Assembly: GCF_963921235.1 (NCBI RefSeq)
Contig: NC_086108.1
Location: 14,198,001 to 14,262,000, forward strand
Origin: Mobula hypostoma
Lineage: Eukaryota
Direction: 5' to 3'
DNA length: 64,000 nt
How positions within the stretch are numbered: position 1 is the first letter of the stretch; each line of letters begins with the position of its first letter. This document shows, in pieces, positions 38,163-52,339 of this stretch. Both the position numbers and the translations under genes were made by a program. The notes under the pieces were generated by a model. It saw only the letters and a list, made by a program, of their open reading frames with translations, was not told the origin of the DNA and made no database searches.

Positions 38163-38752
38163 AAATTCTCCAATTTCACCTCCCAATTCTAAGGATCAGA
38201 CTTTGAAACTCATGGAATTATGATCACCTGCCCTGTCTCATTCCCTAACAGGAAATCCCATATCACACTCTGTCTAGTTGGGACCGTTGTATATTGATTA
38301 AGAAAACTTACCTGAACACATTTGACAAACTCTATCCCATCCAGCCCTTTCGCAGTATGGGAGTTCCAGTCAACATGTGGAAAGATAAAATCACCTACTA
38401 TCACAAACTTATTTTTCCTGCAACTGTCTGCCATTGTTCTACAAATTTGCTCTTCTAACTCTCACTGACAATTGGGGGGGGGCGGTCTATAATATAATGT
38501 CATTAATGTGTTTATCCCTTTCTTATTCCTCAATTCTACCCATTTCTGTGTCTTACGCAAAATACTCTTTGCATTGAAATGAATACAACTCAGAACATTA
38601 TTCTCACTATGCTCAACCTTTCAGTTTCTGTCTTTATATGGGCTTGATAACATCTTTCCCCACAGCCATATAATCATATAACCATATAACAATTACAGCA
38701 CAGAAACAGGCCATCTCGGCCCTTCTAGTCCGTGCCGAACTCCTACTCTCAC

Positions 38753-41600
38753 CTAGTCCCACCGACTTGCACTCAGCCCATAACCCTCCATTCCTTTCCT
38801 GTCCATATAGCTGACAAGTTTAACTTTAAATGACAACATCGAACCTGCCTCAACCACTTCTGCTGGCTCGTTCCACACAGCTACCACTCTCTGAGTGAAG
38901 AAGTTCCCCCTCATGTTACCCCTAAATTTTTGCCCTTTAACTCTCAACTCATGTCCTCTTGTTTGAATCTCCCCCATTCTCAATGGAAAAAGCCTATCCA
39001 CGTCAACTCTATCTATCCCTCTCATAATTTTAAATACCTCTATCAAGTCCCCCCTCAACCTTCTACGTCCCAAAGAATAAAGACCCAACTTGTTCAACCT
39101 TTCTCTGTAACTTAGGTGATGAAACCCAGGTAACATTCCAGTAAACCTTCTCTGTACTCTCTCTATTTTGTTGACATCTTTCCTATAATTTGGTGACCAA
39201 AACTGTACACAATACTCCAAATTTGGCCTCACCAATGCCTTGTACAATTTCAACATTACTTCCCAACTCCTATACTCAATGCTCTGATTTATAAAGGCCA
39301 GCATACCAAAAGCTTTCTTCACCACCCTGTCCACATGAGATTCCACCTTCAGGGAACTATGCACCATTATTCCTAGATCCCTCTGTTCTACTGCATTCTT
39401 CAATGCCCTACCATTTACCATGTATGTCCTATTTTGATTAGTCCTACCAAAGTGTAGTACCTCACATTTATCAGCATTAAATTCCATCTGCCACCTTTCA
39501 GCCCACTCTTCTAACTGGCCTAAATCTCTCTGCAAGCTTCGAAAACCTACTTCATTATTCACAACTCCACCTATTTTAGTATCATCTGCATACTTACTCA
39601 TCCAATTTACCACCCCATCATCCAGATCATTAATGTATATGACAAATAACTTTGGACCCAGTACAGATCCCTGAGGCACACCACTAGTCACCGGCCTCCA
39701 ATCTGACAAACAGTTTTCCACCACCATTCTCTGGCGTCTCCCATCCAGCCACTGCTGAATCCATTTTACTACTTCAATATTAATACCTAACGATTGAACC
39801 TTCCTAACCAGCCTTCCATATGGGACCTTGTCAAAGGCCTTACTGAAGTCTATATAGACAACATCCACTGTTTTACCCTTGTCAACATCCCTAGTAACAT
39901 CTTCAAAAAATTCAATAGGATTTGTCAAACATGACCTTCCACGCACAAATCTATGTTGACTGTTCCTAATCAGACCCTGTCTATCCAGATAATTATATAT
40001 ACCATCTCTAAGAATACTTTCCGTCATTAGCCACCACTGACGTCAAACTCACAGGCCGATAATTGCTAGGTTTACTCTTAGAACCCTTTTTAAACAATGG
40101 AACAACATGAGCAATACGCCAGTCCTCCGGCACCATCCTCGTTTCTAATGAAATTTGAAATGTTTCTGTCAGAGCCCCTGCTATTTCCACACTAACTTCC
40201 CTCAATGTCCTAGGGAATATCCTGTCAGGACCCGGAGACTTATCCGCTTTTATATTCCTTATAAGCTCCAGTACTACTACTGCTTTAATCATCATACTTT
40301 CCATAACTTCCCTACCCGTTTCCATTATCTTACACGATTCAATATCCTTCTCCTTAGTGAATACCGAAGAAAAGAAATTGTTTAGAATCTCCCCCATCAC
40401 TTTTGGCTCCACACATAACCGTCCACTCTGATTCTCTAAGGGACCAATTTTATCCCTCACTATCCTTTTGCTATTTATATAACAGTAGAAACCCTTGGGA
40501 TTTATTTTCACCTTACTTGCCAAAGCAACCGCATATCTTCTCTTAGCTTTTCTAATTTTTTTCTTAAGATTCTTTTCACATTCTTTATATTCCTCGAGCA
40601 CCTCGTTTACTCCATGCTGTCTATATTTATTGTAGATCTCTCTTTTCTTCTGAACCAAGCTTCCAATATCTCTTGGAAACCATGGCTCTCTCAAACTTTT
40701 AACCTTTCCTTTCAACCTAACAGGAACGTAAAGATTCTGTACTCACAAAATTTCACCTTTAAATGACCTCCATTTCTCCATTACATCCTTCCCATAAAAC
40801 AAATTATCCCAATCCACTCTTCTAAATCCTTTCGCATCTCCTCAAAATTAGCCTTTCTCCAATCAAAAATCTCAACCCTGGCTCCAGATCTATCCTTCTC
40901 CATAATTATATTGAAACTAATAGCATTGTGATCACTGGACCCGAAGTGCTCCCCACCACAAACCTCCGTCACCTGACCTATCTCATTCCCTAACAGGCGA
41001 TCCAACACTGCCCCTTCTCTCATTGGTACTTCTATGTATTGCTGCAAAACCTATCTTGCACACATTTTACAAACTCCAAACCATCCAGCCCTTTTACAGA
41101 ATGGGTTTCCCAGTCTATGTGTGGAAAATTAAAATCTCCCACAATCACAACCTCGTGCCTACTACTAATATCTGCTATCTCCTTACAAATTTGCTCCTCC
41201 AATTCTCGCTCCCCATTAGGTGGTCTATAATACACCCCCATAAGAGTTACTGCACCCTTCCCATTCCTCAATTCCACCCAAATAGCCTCCCGAGACGAGC
41301 CCTCTAATCTATTCTGCCAGAGCACCGCTGTAATATTTTCTCTGACAAGCAATGCAACCCCTCCCCCTCTTGTCCCTCCGATTCTGTCACACCTGAAGCA
41401 ACTACATCCTGGAATATCTAGTTGCCAATCACACCCCTCCTGTAACCATGTTTCACTAATAGCTACCATATCATACTTCCAGATATCAATCCATGTTCAT
41501 CCAGCTCATCCACCTTTCTTACAATGCTCCTAGCATTAAAATAAATGCACTTAAGAAATTTTCCACCTCTTACTCTCTGTTTATCACTAACTGTGCAAAC
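38753..41600 (-). pseudogene. CR1 ORF2 (APE endonuclease + RT), frameshifted
   Basis: ORFs 41032..41469 (ISETWL, GDFNFP), 40781..41047 (SDH), 40008..40715 (SPGPD), 38753..40027 (PQGSVLGP, YADD). Confidence 0.92.
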
Positions 41601-41674
41601 AATTTTACTATTTTCTTTTTCTTCCTTCTTCCCTACATCTGTTCCTACACTCTGGTTCCCCTCTCCCCTCGTAT

Positions 41675-42600
41675 CTAGTTTAAATCCACCGGAGCCTCTC
41701 TAGCAAATCTACCCGCAAGAATATTTGTCCCCCTCCAGTTCAGATGTAGACCGTCCCGCCGGAACAGGTCCCACCTTCCCTGGAAAACAGCCCAATTATC
41801 TATAAATCTGAAGCCCTCCCTCCTGCACCATGCCTTCAGCCAAGTGTTGATCTGCGCTTTCTTACTATTTCTAAACCCGCCTGCACATGGCACTGGTAGC
41901 AATCCTGAGATTGGTATCCTGGAGGTCCTGTCCTTTAACTTGGCGCCTAACTCCCTAAACTCACCTTTCAGGACCTCCACACTTTTCCTACCCACATCAT
42001 TGGTCCCTACATGGACGACGACACCTGGCTGCTCACTCTCCCTTTTGAGAATACCGAGGACTCGATCCAAGATATCGCGGACCTTGGCACCAGGGAGGCA
42101 ACAGACCATCCGGGATTCTTGATCTCTTCCACAGAACCTCTTATCTGTCCCCCTAACTATTGAATCCCCTATCACTATTGCTGTCCTCTTTTCCCTCCTT
42201 CCCTTCTGAGTTGAGGGTCCCATCTCGGTGCCAGAGACACAACCACTGCAACTTGTCCCTGGTAGGTCATCCCCATCAACAGTATCCAAAACGATGTACT
42301 TAATATTGGTGGGATCGGCCACAGGGGTGCCCTGCTCATTCTGTCTCTTTCTCTGCCCTCTCCTGACAGTCACCTAGCTACCTGTCTCCTGACTCTTAGG
42401 GGTGACTATCTCCCTGTAGCTCCTTTCTATTTCTGCCTCTGCCTCCCAAATTATCCGAAGTTCATCCAGCTCCAGCTCCAGTTCCCTAACTCGGTTTGTC
42501 AGGAGTTGCAGCTGGATGCACCTTTTGCAGGGGTAGTAATCAGGGACAATTGTGCTCGCCCTGACTTCCCACATCCTTCAAACGGAGCACTCAGCTGTCT
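41675..42600 (-). pseudogene. CR1 ORF1 with SGNH esterase domain, one in-frame stop
   Basis: CKRC..L..RV.ELE zipper; GDSIVR, HVGTND, DGLHLN. Confidence 0.92.
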
Positions 42601-43831
42601 CCATTACCTACTCTTAAGGTAATTAGATTTATTAAAGGAACTTACCCGGCCTTACCTCACTTGGGGTGAAGCTCTTCCTCAGCCTCTGCTCGCCGAAGCC
42701 ACTTGAGCCAAAGCCTTCCTACTCTGTCTCCCTCTACTCTGTCGCCCGCTCCGTTAATCTGCTCTCTTTTAAATACTCCGGCTGCCCCATGCTCCGACTT
42801 ACACACGCTTGTGCAGTCGTGCCCCGTTCAACTGCCGAAGAAACACTTCCTGGCACTCTGATTCCTATCCCCCTGAAACTTGACGGAAGTAGCACTGAGA
42901 TGTAATTGCAGCCATTTGGATTGAGTGGCAGAGGGAACAGGTACAGATAGATCTGCCTCTACACCTATCCATTATGTGCTGATGCACTGTCAGAGAAGTC
43001 TCTTCTTCCATCAAAGAATTTCTGGAATCCAAGTGTCACAGAAAGGATTTTGTGATAATAATGTACCTTTGAGTTGGGAGTACTCAAACACAAGCTGTCA
43101 TTCCTCCAAAGTGAGTGCAGTAACACAATTTTAAAAAAAATAATCATTTGTATGATGTGTGAGCTTTGGGTCAGGCCAGCACTGGATGCCCTCTCCCAGG
43201 CTACTGAAGTGCAGGTGTGGTGAAGAACTTTTTTGAAGTGCTGAAATTCTGGAGGCAAAAATGCTCCCACAGGCCTGTTAGGTAGGACTGCCCTTGTGAT
43301 GATGAAACAGCTGTAACATATTTTTCAGTCAAGATGGTATGCAAGCTGGAGACTTGCTCATGCAAATTTCCCTGGGGGAAAGGGGGAATGGGGATGGGAA
43401 AAGATCATTGCCTCATGACAAGACCTTGTCCTAGAAACTTGACTGTACTGAGAATGTACACGAGAATAGAAGAGGCTGAAGGGACCTGTGCCAGTTGGAA
43501 CTGCTGCTCCTATCTGAAATCCATGTGTGCAACCCATTAAAGAATTGCAGTATTTAAGAGCACAGAAACAGGCTCCACAACCTAACTTGCCTGTGCCGTT
43601 CATGATATCTATTTACACTAATCCTATTTGCCCACATTAGTGCCGCCCATCTGCATCCAATTTCCTGCCCGAAATGCATTTAAAACATTGTAATTGTGTC
43701 CATGCATAGAGCTACCTCTGGCAGCTCATTCCAGATAACCACCACCCTGTGTGTGGGAAACTTGCCCATCAGATCTCCTTTAAATTTTGCCCTCAAGAGT
43801 ATTGTCCCCAGGAGAAAGATTCTGGCTACCT

Positions 43832-45125
43832 ACCAAGTCAAGTCAAGTCACTTTTTATTGTCGTTTTGGCCATAACTGCTGGTACAGTACACAGTAAAAA
43901 TGAGATAACGTTTTTCAGGACCATGGTGCTACATGAGCAGTACAAAAACTATACTGAACTACGTAAAACACAAAACTATAATAGTTTACAGACCTACCCA
44001 GGACTGCATAAAGTGCACAAAACAGTGCAGGCATTACAATAAATAATAAACAAGACAATAGGCACAGTAGCGTGCAGTAGGTTGGTGTCAGTCCAGGCTC
44101 TGGGTATTGAGGAGTCTGATGGCTTGGGGGAAGAAACTGTTACATAATCTGGTCATGAGAGCCCGAATACTTCGGTACCTTTTGCCAGATGGCAGGAGGG
44201 AGAAGAGTTTGTATGAGGGGTGCATGGGGTCCTTCATAATGCTATTTGCTTTACGGATGCAGCGTGTAGGGTAAATGTCTGTAATGGCAGGAAGAGAGAC
44301 CCCGATGATCTTCTCAGCTGACCTCATTATCCACTGCAGGGTCTTGCGATCCGAGATGGTGCAATTTCCGAACCAGGCAGTGATGCAGCTGCTCAGGATG
44401 CTCTCAATACAATCTCTGTAGAATGTGATGAGGATGGGGGTGGGAGATGGACATTTCTCAGCCTTCGCAGAAAGTAGAGATGCTGCTGGGCTTTCTTTGA
44501 TATGGAGCTGGTGTTGAGGGACCAGGTGAGATTCTCCGCCAAGTGAACACCAAGAATTTTGGTGCTCTTAATGATCTTTACGGAGAAGTCGTCGATGTTC
44601 AGCGGAGAGTGGTCGTTCAGTGTCCTCCTGAAGTCAACAACCATCTCTTTTGCTTTGTTCACATTCAGAGACAGATTGTTGGCTCTGCACCAGTCCGTTA
44701 GCCGCTACACCTCCTCTCTGTATGCTGACTCATCGTTCTCGCTGATGAGACCCACTACGGTCGTGTCATCGGTGAACTTGATGATGTGGTTCGAGCTGTG
44801 TGTTGCAACGCAGTTGTGGGTCAGCAGAGTGAACAACAATGGACTGAGCACACAGCCCTGGGGGGCCCCCATGCTCAGTGTGATGGTGTTGGAGATGCTG
44901 CTTCCAATCCGGACTGACTGGGGTCTCCTGGTCAGGAAGTCTAGGATCCAGTTGCAGAGGGAGGTGTTCAGGCCCAGTAGGCTCAGCTTTCCAGTCATTT
45001 TCTGAGGAATGATTGTGTTGAATGCTGAATTGAAGTCTATGAACAGCATTCGAACGTACGTGTCTTTTTTGTCCAGGTGGGTTAGGGCCAGGTGGAGGGT
45101 GATGGCAATGGCGTCGTCTGTTGGA
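43832..45125 (-). mobile_element. Rex1/Babar-type LINE, 5'-truncated
   Basis: [35 protein letters not shown], (GACTT)n tail. Confidence 0.9.
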
Positions 45126-46510
45126 CCGTTTCTATACCCTCATAATTTTATCTACCTTCATAATGTTACTATCAGCTTTACATACTCCAAGGAAAACAGT
45201 CTCAGCTTAGGTAACCTCTCCTTGTAACTACCGCCTTCCATTCCAGACAAAATGCTGCATTCTCTTATTGCTACCACATCCTGTTTGTAATGTGGGAACC
45301 AGAACTGTAAACAAAATTCTAAGTGTCATCTAATCAATGTTTTGTTCAGCTGTGAGATGATGTCCTAACTCTTATACTTAGTGTTTTGGCCAATGAAGGC
45401 AAGCATTCCATATGCCCTTTTCACTGCTATATCCATCTATGTTGCCAATTTGAGTGAACTATGGACTTACACCCTAAGGTCTCTGCATACATAAATTCTC
45501 CTAAGATCCCTGCCGTTTATTCTGTTTGTTCCACCAGAATTTGACCTCTCCAATTGCATTACCTCACACTTCCTTGAATTAAGTTCCATTTGCCATCATA
45601 AGGCTGAACTATTCAGCTGATCTACAGTGTGTCCTGCTATATCTCTGGACAATCTCCCTCACTATCATGATGCTACCAGTTTTAAAGTTTTCTGGAAACT
45701 TATTAATCCAAGTCAATTGTATTTATATGAGAAACAACCAAGCACCCAGCTCCAATCTCTGTGGTACATCAATCAGGAAAAAATCTGCTATCCACCAAGC
45801 CCCTCTGCCTCCCATCACCAGATTCCATTTGCCAACACCATGTACGCCATATTCCTTAACCATTGGGACCAGCGTAGCCTGTGAGATCTTGTCAAAAGCC
45901 TTGCTGATGTCCATGTTAACCACACCTATTACTCTGCTGCCTTCAATTTTCTTACACACCTCCTCAGAAAACTCTATAAGATTTGTGAGACATGATCTCC
46001 CTGCACCAAACCATGCTGACTCCTATAACCATTCCCTGCCTTTCCAAGTGAAGATAAATCCTGTCTCTCAGAATCTTCTCCAACAATTTCTCTACCACTG
46101 ACATAAGGTGGGCAAAGGCACTGAAGGTTGACAGAATGGTGATTCGTTAACAATTTGCCTTTTGGAACTGGTTGTATTTTTTACTGTTTTTGTACTGCAG
46201 TGAGCAATGAGGTGATCAGAAGGAGGAAAATGATAAACTAGAAATTGTTGCCATGAGCTTCAGGGTTCACATGGAATGTGAGCTTGGACACTGAAGTATC
46301 AGAGGCTGAAGGGTGACCTGATAAAAGTTTATAGAATTATGAGACATAAGATAATCTGGTCCATAATGTGGTGCCTAACTAATTATGCTAATGACACATC
46401 TTATTTGCTACATATTTATCTGCCTATCTAAGAGCTTCTTAAACACCTCTGTCATACCAACCTCCACCACCATCCCTGGCAACATATTCTAGGCACCCAC
46501 TGCTGGCTAC

Positions 46511-46542
<32 letters not shown>

Positions 46543-46590
46543 GTGTATGTGTATGTGTGTGTGTGTATGTGTATGTGTGCGTGTATATAT
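46511..46590. repeat. (TG)n/(TGTATG)n microsatellite
   Basis: Direct reading. Confidence 0.95.
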
Positions 46591-46865
46591 AGACACTTGG
46601 AATTTTCTCCTTGGCACCTTAAGTGCACACCCTCTAGTATGAGGCATTTTGACCCTGGATAAAAGAGCATAAGTTTGCCCGTCCTCTCTTTATGGCACAT
46701 GCCTTCTAATCCAGGCAGGCAGCATCCTGGTAAGCTTCTTTGACAACTTCTCCATCTTCACATTCTTCGTATAATTGGATGGCAGAATTGATGATTACTG
46801 ATTTGGGGAAGAGATTGAACCAGGCTGCCTTTGGACAGGGATAGAGAAACGAAGACTCACTCCAG

Positions 46866-47024
46866 ACACAAGAGATACTGCAGATGCTTGAGCAACACAC
46901 AAAACTGCTGGAAATTTTCAGGGTCCTGATGAAGAGTCTCCTGCTTGCAACGTCAACTATTTGTTCCCCTTCACGGATACTGCCTGACCTGCTGAATTCC
47001 TCCAGTATTTTGCAGAGCCTGCTC
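46866..47024. mobile_element. 159-bp palindromic PLE-derived mini element with decayed hammerhead
   Basis: Reverse 3' tail on the left, gtcCTGATGA...GCAAcgTC and 3' end on the right; exact 14-bp direct repeat AAGACTCACTCCAG at 46852-46865 and 47025-47038. Confidence 0.85.
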
Positions 47025-47529
47025 AAGACTCACTCCAGTGGGCTTATCCTCATGTCAAAATACTTGAGGACAGCTTTGTTATAACATACATCTTGTTTTG
47101 TCAGAGGGAGGAGTGTAAGACGCTATAGCACCACTCTGGTTCAAGCTTCGGTATCAGGTAGAGTCTATGATCATCTGAGTGAAGGGACATAAGGATGTTT
47201 CTATTACTGTTGCCATGACGCACACCAGTGACTAACCATCGTCTTCATAGTGCCCTCAACCTGGCCCAAAACATGGTCTACAGAAGCATTGTCTCTGACT
47301 TCCCTACCAAGGACTGATCTAAAGTCATTGAGTTTATGTCATGTGCACAAGTGCAGTGAGGTACAGGTACAATGAAAAACTAGTTTGTAGCTGCATCACA
47401 GGTAGAGACAACAAATAAAAGATAAATTGCACGTAAGTTATACAGGACAGAGAAGAAATAAAAAAAAAACAAAATGATAAGGTGCAATCAGAGACAAGTC
47501 CTTGGTAGTGCAGGGTCTGTACTGTTCCT

Positions 47530-48490
47530 TTAGGCCATAAGATATAGGAGACGCAATTAGCCATTTGGCCTATCAAGTCTGCTCGGCCATTTCATCATCG
47601 ATCATCCATTTACCTCTCATCCCCAATCTCCTGCCTTCTCCCCATATTCTTCATGCCCTGAACAATCAAGAATCTATAGATCTCTGCCTTAAATATATGT
47701 AAAGACTTGTCCTCCACAGCTTGCTGTGGCAAGTAATTCCACAGATTCACCACTCTCTAGCTAAAGAAGTTCCTGCTCATCTCCGTTCTAACATGGCACC
47801 CCTCTATTCTGAGGCTGGGTCCTCTGGTCTTAGACTCCCCCACCATAGGAAACATCCTCTCCACATCCACTCTATCAAGGCCTTTCAACATTCAGTAGGT
47901 TTCAATTAGATCACCCCTCATTTTTCTGAATTCCAGTGAATACAGGCCTAGAGCCATCAAACACTCTTCATATGACATGCCATTCAATCTTGGAATAATT
48001 TTCGTGAACCTCCTTTGAACCCTTTCCAGTGTCAGCACATCCTTTCTAAGATAAGGGGCTCAAAATGTCTCACAATACTTTAAGTGTGACCTCACCAGTG
48101 CTTTATAAAGCCAAAACATTACATCTTTGCTTACCAACACAAGATGCAAATTTTCTCTCCATTTGGAAAATAGTCTGCCCTTTTATTTCTTCTGTCTAAG
48201 TGCTTGACCATACACTTCCTTATACTGTATTCCATCTGCCACTTCTTTGCCCATTCTCCTAATCTGTCTCAGTCCTTCTGCAGCCTCTCTGCTAGCTCAA
48301 AACTACCTACCTCTCCACCTATCTTCGTATCCTCTGCAAACTTTGCAAAAATTCCGTCATCCAAGCCACAGACATATAATGTAAAAAGAAGCAGTCCCAA
48401 CACAGACCCCTGTGGAACACCACTAATTATCGGCAGCCAACCAAAATAGGCTCCCTTTATTCCCACTGTTTACATTCTGCTAATCAATCA
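47530..48490 (-). mobile_element. CR1 RT/3' fragment
   Basis: SGVPQGSVLGLLLF, KFAEDTKIGG. Confidence 0.82.
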
Positions 48491-48499
48491 AATCTCTAG

Positions 48500-51400
48500 A
48501 GAGAATAGGGTGTCAGATGTGGGATTTCCAGGAGACTTCTAACCTCCCTGATGGCCACATCTGCACCAGGTGCATCGAGATGCAGCTCCCTAGAGACTGT
48601 GTTAGGGAATTGGAGCTGCAGCTTGATGACCTTTTGCTTGTTAGGGAAAGTGTAGCAGTGATAGACAGGAGCTATAGGGTGGTAGTCACCCCAAGGCTAT
48701 AGGAGACAGATAAATGGGTGACTGTCAGGAGAGGGAAGGGAGAACATCAGATAGTGGAGAGCACCCCTGTGGCTGTCCCCCTCAACAATAAGTATACTAC
48801 TTTAAGTACTGTTGGGGGCGGTGGGGGGAACGACTTATCTAGGGGAAGCAACAGTGGCCAAGCCTTTGGCACTGAGTCTGGCCCTGTGGCTCACAAGGGT
48901 AGGGAGCTGAAGAGAATGGCAGCGGTAATAGGGGACTTTGTAGTCACGGGGACAGATGATTCTGTAGATGCGAAAAGGAAACACGGTTGGTAGTTTGCCT
49001 CCCATATGCCAGGGTCCGCAGTGTTTCTGGACGCTTCCACAATATCCGGAAAAGGGAGGGTGAGCAGCTAGAAGTTGAAGTACATATTGGTACCAACGAC
49101 GGAAAAGTAGAAAAAAGGAGGAGATCCTGAAAAAAGTATACAGGGAGTTAGGAAGGAATCAAAGGTAGTAATGTTGGGATTGCTGCCTGTGCCACACAAC
49201 GGTAAGGATAGGAAAAGAATGAGGTGGCAGATAAATGCATGGCTGACGAATTGGAGCAGGGGGCAGCGATTCAGGTTTCTGGATAATTGGGACCTCTTCT
49301 GGGGCAGGTGGAACCTGTACAAAATGAATGGGTTGCACTTGAATCCAAGGGGGACCAATATTCTTGCGGGCAGGTTCATTAGAGCTGTTGGGAGTGGTTT
49401 AAGCTAATATGGTAGGGGGATGGGAAACAGGATGATAGAGTTGCGGATGAGACAGCAGGTTTACAAGTAGATGATGGGTGTAATATGAATGTAAGGAAGG
49501 ACAAACCAATGATTAAGTACAAATGTAGATAGAGCAAAGAGATAAATTATACCACAGAAGCAAAATTCAAAAGGGCAAAGAATGCAAGACTGAAGGTGCT
49601 GTATTTAAATATGCGTAGCATTTGAAATAAGATGGATGAACTCGTGGCACATTTAGAGATTGGTTGGTATGACGTTGTGGGCATCACTGAGTCATGGCTG
49701 AAAGAAGGCCATAGTTGGGAGCTTAACATCAAAGGATATACTTTGTATCAAAAGGAAAGGCAAGAAGGCACAGGTGGTGGTGTGGCTGTATTGGTAAGAG
49801 ATGGAATTACATCCTTAGAAAGAGGGGACATGGGTCAGAGAATGTCGAATCTTTGTGGGTGGAGTTATGAAGCTGCAACGGTCAAAAAAAACCATCATGG
49901 GAATCATATACAGGCCTCCAAATAGTAGCCAAGATGTGGTGTTTAGATTTCAAAGGGAACTGGAAAAGGCATGTAATAAGGGTAATGACACAATTGTAAT
50001 GGGGGACTTCAATATGCAAGGGGATTGGGAATGTTGATATGGGATTGCAGGAGAGGGAATTTGTTGAATGCCTATGAGATGGCTCGTGCTTGAGTCTACT
50101 CAGAGAAAAGCTATCTTAGATTGGCTGTTGTGTAATAACCCAGATCTTATTAGGGAGCTTAACATAAAGGAACTCTCAGGAGGCATTGATCATAATATGA
50201 TTGAATTCATACTGCAATTTGTGAGGGAGAAGCATAACTCACATGCAGTGCAATAAAGGAGATTACTAAAGCATGAGAAAGGAACTTCCCTAAGTGGACT
50301 GGAGGAGGATACTGGCAGGGTTGATCGCAGATTAGAGATGGCTGAAGTTTCTGGGAATGGTTCACAAGGTGAAGGAGAGATATGTCCCACAGAGGAAGAA
50401 GTTCTCAAATGGCAGAGGTAGGCAACTGTAGCTGACAAAGGAAGTTAAGGACCGCATAAAAGCCAAGGAAAGGGCGTATAAGGCAGCAAAAGTGAGTGGG
50501 AAGTTGGATGGTTGGGAAACTTTTAAAATCCAACAAAAAGCAACTAAAAAAGCTATAAGAAGGGAAAAGATGTGATGTGAGGGCAGACTCGCCAATAATA
50601 TAAAGCGGGATACCAAAAGAGTAAAAGGGAGGTGAGAGTTGATATTGGACCACTGGAAAATGGTGCTGGTGAGGTAGTAATGGGGGACAGAGAAATGCCA
50701 GGTGAACTAAATGGGCACTTTGCATCAGTCTTCGCTGTGGAAGACACTAGCAGTGTGCCAGAGGTCCGTGGGTATCAGGGAGCAGGAGTGAGTGCCATTG
50801 CTATTACAAGGGAAAAAGTGCCAGGCAAATTCAAAGGTTTTAAGGTGGATAAATCACCTGATGGATATATCCCAGAGTCCTTACAGAGGTTGCTAAAGTG
50901 ATAGCAGATGCATTGGCCATGATCTTTCAAGAATCATTTCATTTCAGCATGGTCCTGGAGGACTGAAAGATTTCAAGTGTCACTCCACTCTTTAAGAAGG
51001 GAGGAAGGCAACAAAAAGGAAATTATAGGCCAGCTAGCCTAGCCTAGCCAAGCCTCAGTGGTTGCGAAAGTGTTGGAGTCTATTACTAAGGATGAGATTT
51101 TGGGGTTCTTGGAGACTAATGACAAAATAAGTCAAAGTCAGCATGGTTTCTCCAAATGGAGAGTTAGAGTTCTTTGAGGAAGTAACAAGTAGGGTGGACA
51201 AAAGAGAGGCAGTGGATGCAATTTACTTGGATTCTCAGAAGGCCTTTGATAAGATGCCACACATAAGGCTCTTAATAAGATAATATGCTACGGTGTTACA
51301 GTAAAGATACTGGCATGGATAGTGGAATGGCTGACAGGCAAGAGGCAGAGAGTGGGAATAAAAGGGACCTTTGCTGGTTGGCTGCCAGTGACTCGTGGTG

Positions 51401-52335
51401 TTCCTCAAGGATTCAGTATTGGGACTGCTGCTTTTCACATTGTTTGTCAATGATTTGGATAATGGAATTGATGGCTTTGTGGCAAAGTTTGCAGGTGATA
51501 TAAAGATAGGTGCAGGGGTAGGTAGTGCTGAGGAAGCAAAGCAATTGCAGCAGGACTCAGAGAAATTGGAAGAATGGGCAAAACAGTGGCAGATGGAATA
51601 CAGTGTTGGGAAATGTATGAAAATGCATTTTGGTAAAAGGAACAATAGTGTGGACTATTATCTAAATAATCAAAGATTCAAACATTAGAGGTGCAGAGGG
51701 ACTTAGGAGTCCTCGTGCAAGACCCCCAGAAGGTTTAGTCTGTGGTAAAGAAAGCAAATGCAATGTTGGCATTTATTTCAAGGGGAATAGAATATAAAAG
51801 CAAGGAGATATACTAGTCAGGCCGTACTTGGAATATTCTCAACATTTTTGGGCTCCATATCTCAGAAAGAAGGTGTTGTCATTGGACAGAGTCCAGAGGA
51901 GGGTCACGAGGATAATTCCTGGAATGAAGGGGTTAACACAGGAGGAGCATTTGGCACTTTGGGCCTACCAAATGTTGAAAGGACTAAGTGGGGTGGATGT
52001 GGAGAGGATGTTTCCTCTGGTGGGGGTATCCAGAACTAGAGAGCACAGCCTCAAAATTGAGGGATGATCTTTTAGAACAGAGGTAAGGAGGATTTTTTTT
52101 AGGTAGAGAGTAGTGAATCTATGGAATACTGTGCCACAGACTGTGGTGGAGGCCAAGTCCATGGGTATATTTAAGGTGGGAGTTGATCGTTTCGTGATCG
52201 GTCAGGGCATCAAAGGATATGGCGAGAAAGCAGGTGAATGGGGTTGAGTGGAATCCGGGATCAGCCATGATGGAATGGTGGAGCAGACTTAATGGGCTAA
52301 GTGGCCCACTTCTGCTCCTATGTTTTATGGTCTTG
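48500..52335 (+). mobile_element. Degenerate near full-length CR1 (ORF1 esterase + ORF2)
   Basis: CTRC..ELELQL, GLHLNPRG, GITESWL, GDFN, KFAGD, 3' end. Confidence 0.9.
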
Positions 52336-52339
52336 TGAT

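Larger units (their letters stand above)
38665..42850 (-). mobile_element. Near full-length, relatively young CR1 LINE
   Basis: ORF1 (Zn finger/leucine zipper + esterase), ORF2 (APE + RT) in a few long pieces, 3' short-repeat tail. Confidence 0.95.

Noticed and set aside
42925..43270. Non-repeat-looking segment as an additional exon
   Set aside because: No consistent acceptor, donor and open-frame combination found
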